From a virus, in the IMG/VR virus record IMGVR_UViG_3300039216_000106, positions 1 to 64,000 of that record: a stretch of DNA of 64,000 nucleotides; one strand, written 5' to 3'. The position numbers were made by a program, and so were the translations under genes. A model generated the notes under the pieces. It was given only the letters and a program-made list of their open reading frames with translations. It had not been told where the DNA came from and ran no database searches. This document shows, piece by piece, positions 60,808 through 64,000 of this stretch. Within the stretch, counting starts at the first letter, position 1. Every line of letters starts with the position of its first letter.

Positions 60808-62391
60808 ATGGTGAATATTCCGCTTTCCGGCACGCCCGGCTCGTTCGATCCGCGCAACCCGACGCTGGTCCCGAACTTCGACCGCCCCGGCAATAGCGGG
60901 TACGGCACATTGGACCATATCTCACCAGCTCAATTCCTGATCAACAACCCGCGCACCGATGCGAGCGCGGTAGTGACGATCGGTGAAACCGTTACGACCG
61001 GCGATGTCAGCACGTTGCGTGTCGCGCACGGCCTGTTCACCGGTGGTTACCTCGAAAAGTCGCATACATCGATCGGCGGCGATACCGTTTCCACCATCGC
61101 CGATGCGCTCCAAACCGCGTTCAACGCCGATGCACAGGCGAAAGCCGTTGGCCTTGTGGTCAGCGCCGCCGCGGGCGTCTTGACCTTCGCATGGCCTTCC
61201 GCGCTCGGCAACATGGCCATTCTGTCCGGCTGGGCCGAAGCCGCGGCCGAAACCATCACGATTGGCGGCACCGCGACCGCAACCGATACGCTCAACGTCC
61301 GCTTTGCGGGTGGTGCGCTTTCCACTCCCGTCATTGTCGCCGCAACGGTGACTGGCGGCGAAAGCACGACCGACATGGCGACGGGCGTCAAGAACGCGAT
61401 CAACGCCAGCGCAACCCTCACCGCGGCTGGGATCACTGCCACGTCGTCAGGTGCCGTTGTGACCCTGGTCACGACGCCGGATTCCGGCGCAAACACGGTT
61501 CTGGCCTGGGCCAATGGTCCAGCCGAAACCGGCACCGTCGCCAACATGACGGCGACCGAAACGGCGACGATTGGCACGGGTAGCGCTCCGGCCGCGCTTG
61601 ACACTGTCGCGCTGACCTTCACCAATTCTGGTGTGACCGGCCTTCCCGTCACCAAGACCTACACCGTGATCGGCGGCGATACCGTCAACACGATTGCGGC
61701 CGGGCTCAACGCGCTGATCAACGCCGACGCGGTTCTGGCCGCAGGGTTCATCACGTCCACGGTTTCCAACGCGGTTCTGACCTTCCACCAGCCGCAGGCC
61801 GTTGGCAACTCGACTGTCGTGACCCGTACCGTTACAGAGACGGGCGGCGGATCTGAAACCGTCACGTTTGGCAACGCGGGAAGCCTCGCTGGTGGCGTCG
61901 GTGCCGTGGGCAACACCGTCGCGCTCACCGTCACAAACTCGCTTTTGACCGGTAGCCCGATCACGAAGACGTACACCGTGGTCGCTGGCAATGACGCCAC
62001 CGCCGTTGCGGCAGGGCTCAAGGCCCTTGTCAATGCCGACACCGTACTGGCCGCCGCAGGTTATGCCGCCACCAATTCTGCGAACGTGCTGTCCGTGACC
62101 AATCCGGCCGTGGCTGGCCCCACCGCGTATTCGCGGACTTCGGCCGTCATCACGTTCACGCTGGCCGGTGACCCGACCGAGACGCTGACCATTGCCGCGG
62201 GCGAGACCGAGACGTTTACGCTCAACCCGCTCACCGGCATCTTTGCCGGCGGCGACGGCCCGGTTATCCCGTACAACAACTTCAGCTATGTCTGGCACAG
62301 CGCGACCATGAATTTCTGGATCGGCCAGCCCGTCATCGTGCCTTACGACCTCCTGGCCGCACTGGTCGCCGATGGAGAACCAATCGTATGA
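60808..62391 (+). CDS. virion (decoration-like) protein with four tandem ~100-aa repeat modules
   Basis: 527 aa directly downstream of the capsid gene. Module cores lie at aa 86-128, 178-222, 284-327 and 388-432. Confidence 0.6.
   Translation: MVNIPLSGTPGSFDPRNPTLVPNFDRPGNSGYGTLDHISPAQFLINNPRTDASAVVTIGETVTTGDVSTLRVAHGLFTGGYLEKSHTSIGGDTVSTIADALQTAFNADAQAKAVGLVVSAAAGVLTFAWPSALGNMAILSGWAEAAAETITIGGTATATDTLNVRFAGGALSTPVIVAATVTGGESTTDMATGVKNAINASATLTAAGITATSSGAVVTLVTTPDSGANTVLAWANGPAETGTVANMTATETATIGTGSAPAALDTVALTFTNSGVTGLPVTKTYTVIGGDTVNTIAAGLNALINADAVLAAGFITSTVSNAVLTFHQPQAVGNSTVVTRTVTETGGGSETVTFGNAGSLAGGVGAVGNTVALTVTNSLLTGSPITKTYTVVAGNDATAVAAGLKALVNADTVLAAAGYAATNSANVLSVTNPAVAGPTAYSRTSAVITFTLAGDPTETLTIAAGETETFTLNPLTGIFAGGDGPVIPYNNFSYVWHSATMNFWIGQPVIVPYDLLAALVADGEPIV
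60970..62218 (+). repeat. four tandem ~300-nt coding repeats (protein-level module array)
   Basis: Recurrent T(I/F)GG..A...D.V.L.F......P(V/I)TKTYTV..GD(T)...IAAGL.ALINAD.VLAA.G...T....VLT. The copies are diverged at nucleotide level. Confidence 0.7.
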
Positions 62392-62765
62392 CGCGGGGTG
62401 CCAACCTCAAGAAGACGTGCGCGCGGTGCGGCGCTGAGGCCCATATCAGGACCAAGGTCTGCAAGACGTGTCAGACGCCGTTCCCTGGCATGGCCAAGAA
62501 AGCTTCCGCTACGGCAGAAAATGTTTCTGTGAAACATTCCGACCCGAACGCGCCCACGGTTTACGCCGCAATCCGTGACTTCCGTCATGTCATCGGTGGC
62601 GCCACCGTGGCGTTTACCGCGGGCAAGCCGATCACGGACGAACGCATTTTGGCCGCTCTGATCCAGGCCGAAGCCCCGATTGCGCCGCTTGACCCGAGCA
62701 AAGAACTGGTGCGATGCCCGCATTGCGGCGTCCTTTTCGTGAACGAGAAACCCGCGGAAAACTGA
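62388..62765 (+). CDS. double zinc-ribbon protein
   Basis: CARCG...CKTC near the N-terminus and CPHCG near the C-terminus. 125 aa with an ATGA overlap. Confidence 0.45.
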   Translation: MTRGANLKKTCARCGAEAHIRTKVCKTCQTPFPGMAKKASATAENVSVKHSDPNAPTVYAAIRDFRHVIGGATVAFTAGKPITDERILAALIQAEAPIAPLDPSKELVRCPHCGVLFVNEKPAEN

Positions 62766-62766
62766 T

Positions 62767-63603
62767 GTGCTCACCGAAGCCACAAAAGCGAATGTTCGTA
62801 GGCATTTGCAATTTCCCGCCATCGGGTTGCTGAGGGTATCGGCTGGCGGTCAAACGCTGGGCAGCGCTGCGGCTGGCTATCGGTTTTTCGAAGTATTCGG
62901 ACAGTTGGAATGGCGGCTGAACAATTTGGCCGGCAATGAAGAGGCCATGCTGACCGGCGCGAGTTATGGTTCCGTGATCCTGGTCGGGCCTCAACCGGCG
63001 CAGGGCGATACGGTTTCGATCACGGTTTCTGGCGGCTTGATCCCGAGCCCGGTTACAGTCACCGCGACGGCCCCGGCCCCATCGGTTGACGCATCTGGCC
63101 AGCCCACTGACACCCGCATCAACCTCGTGAACGGCTTGGCCGCGGGCATCGCCGCAAATGCCGTGCTTCAATCCCTTGGCGTCTACAGCGCGGCGCCATA
63201 CGGCACCGGCCCCTATTCGCAGAACGCCGCGGCCGTGCCGGAAATCAGCATCGTGTCACCGTTCGATTTTGCCATTTCGGCCACGGGCTCTGGCGTTCTG
63301 AAGCCCCAGGTCACGGCCAACGGGGTGAAACTGCCGCCGAGCGCGAGCCTGGACGGCGGAACGACCACGCTTTACGGGTATCTCGGAATTCTCGACGGGC
63401 TTGAAAGTGCGTTCGCCGGATCGAGCGACAATTTAGATACTAAACGGGCAGCCGTTTGGGAACATCATTCCCAGGAACTTGCCATGAGGCAAAGTTTGTA
63501 TCAATCCTGGGTTTCTCGCCTTTCCGACTTTCTGAACATCCCTGTCAATCCGCGCCGCACCGGCACGCCCGCAACCCACCTTGGCGTCATGAGGTTTTCA
63601 TGA
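62767..63603 (+). CDS. virion protein with one degenerate copy of the repeat module
   Basis: 278 aa with a GTG start. GDTVSITVSGGLIPSPVTVTATA...INLVNGLAAGIAANAVLQSLGV. Confidence 0.5.
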   Translation: MLTEATKANVRRHLQFPAIGLLRVSAGGQTLGSAAAGYRFFEVFGQLEWRLNNLAGNEEAMLTGASYGSVILVGPQPAQGDTVSITVSGGLIPSPVTVTATAPAPSVDASGQPTDTRINLVNGLAAGIAANAVLQSLGVYSAAPYGTGPYSQNAAAVPEISIVSPFDFAISATGSGVLKPQVTANGVKLPPSASLDGGTTTLYGYLGILDGLESAFAGSSDNLDTKRAAVWEHHSQELAMRQSLYQSWVSRLSDFLNIPVNPRRTGTPATHLGVMRFS

Positions 63604-64000
63604 GAGCCGAGGGCATCGCAAAGAAGATTTGGACGGGGTACGGCCGCGCCGGCAAGAAACTCGGTTTTCCGACGAACGTGTATCGCCCATCGTCCGCGAC
63701 CAACCCGTTGGCGCCGGGAAATCTCGTTACCACGCTCAAAGCCAGCTTTGCCCACAACGAAGAATTCACGTCGATGGACAAATACGGCCAGCCGATGTGG
63801 CACACCATCATCGACGGCAACAAGGTAACGGACGGCGACTATCTGGTCTACACCGACTTGCATTTCGACGGGACGCGGACCTTTTTTCTGGCCTGCCGCT
63901 GGCCCGATTTGCCTATGCCCTCGGTCTACTGCAACTCGGTCATCAACGTGATGCGACCGGCGCAGAATGCGGGGACAGGGGTGCAGGGCTATGGCGGCAA
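63600..64000 (+). CDS. structural-module protein, 3' end cut by window edge
   Basis: ATG at 63600 (ATGA overlap). Hand translation is open to base 64000 (MRAEGIAKKIWTGYGRAGKKLGFPTNVYRP...). Confidence 0.5.
   Translation, partial: MRAEGIAKKIWTGYGRAGKKLGFPTNVYRPSSATNPLAPGNLVTTLKASFAHNEEFTSMDKYGQPMWHTIIDGNKVTDGDYLVYTDLHFDGTRTFFLACRWPDLPMPSVYCNSVINVMRPAQNAGTGVQGYGG

Noticed and set aside
61047-62298. 202-aa and 283-aa minus-strand ORFs opposite the repeat-module protein
   Set aside because: Shadow frames of a GC-rich repeat-coding region. The plus-strand product shows an internally consistent four-fold protein repeat.
1-64000. tRNA, tmRNA, rRNA genes
   Set aside because: I saw no GGTTCGAATCC-type T-loop with matching acceptor stems in the intergenic gaps I read. 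This cannot be excluded without tRNAscan or Infernal.

Overview
The window reads as one contiguous tailed-phage or prophage genome segment with a contractile tail (myovirus type). All family calls below are made by eye from remembered signatures; no search was run. The host is probably an alphaproteobacterium, because the window carries two GcrA-like genes and a GapR/DUF2312 gene. GC is roughly 60% by eye, with several lower-GC islands.

Layout:
- 1-16.9 kb (+): neck, sheath, tube, chaperone with a -1 frameshift, tape measure, baseplate (D, V, W, J, I-like), fibre, and a lysis cassette.
- 16.9-27.0 kb (-): early-left operon with XRE repressor candidates, HNH, DnaQ-like exonuclease, NinB, RecT, a FEN-fusion protein, and envelope-targeted small proteins.
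- 27.06-35.0 kb (+): early-right, replication and modification genes (GapR, DUF1064, SNF2-like helicase, SPPF methyltransferase, GcrA-like, HNH island, DUF1376, release-factor-like protein, MmcB-like nuclease).
- 35.0-37.4 kb (-): a small cluster including a C5 methyltransferase.
- 37.6-64 kb (+): second GcrA-like gene, terminase, a 4.5-kb accessory island, putative portal, a translationally coupled accessory cassette (DHH phosphoesterase, PPCQ protein, biotinyl-domain protein), a 1184-aa fibre-like protein, scaffold, an N4-gp56-type capsid protein, and repeat-module decoration proteins. This operon runs off the window end and logically continues at base 1.

I saw no tRNA, rRNA, CRISPR array, integrase or DNA polymerase domain.

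Most interesting signals:
1. The 8-mer GCGTTACA is strongly over-represented and concentrated in the few intergenic gaps.
2. A LysM-like repeat module is dispersed over at least six virion proteins, including an insertion in the tail sheath.
3. A 28 x 12-bp in-frame tandem array encodes L-x-D/G-Q tetrapeptide repeats.
4. Two antisense membrane-protein morons sit inside the late operon.
5. Accessory genes (DHH/DHHA1, an MKM biotinyl domain, a PPCQ protein lacking motif I, and a release-factor-like protein without GGQ) lie in unusual positions.
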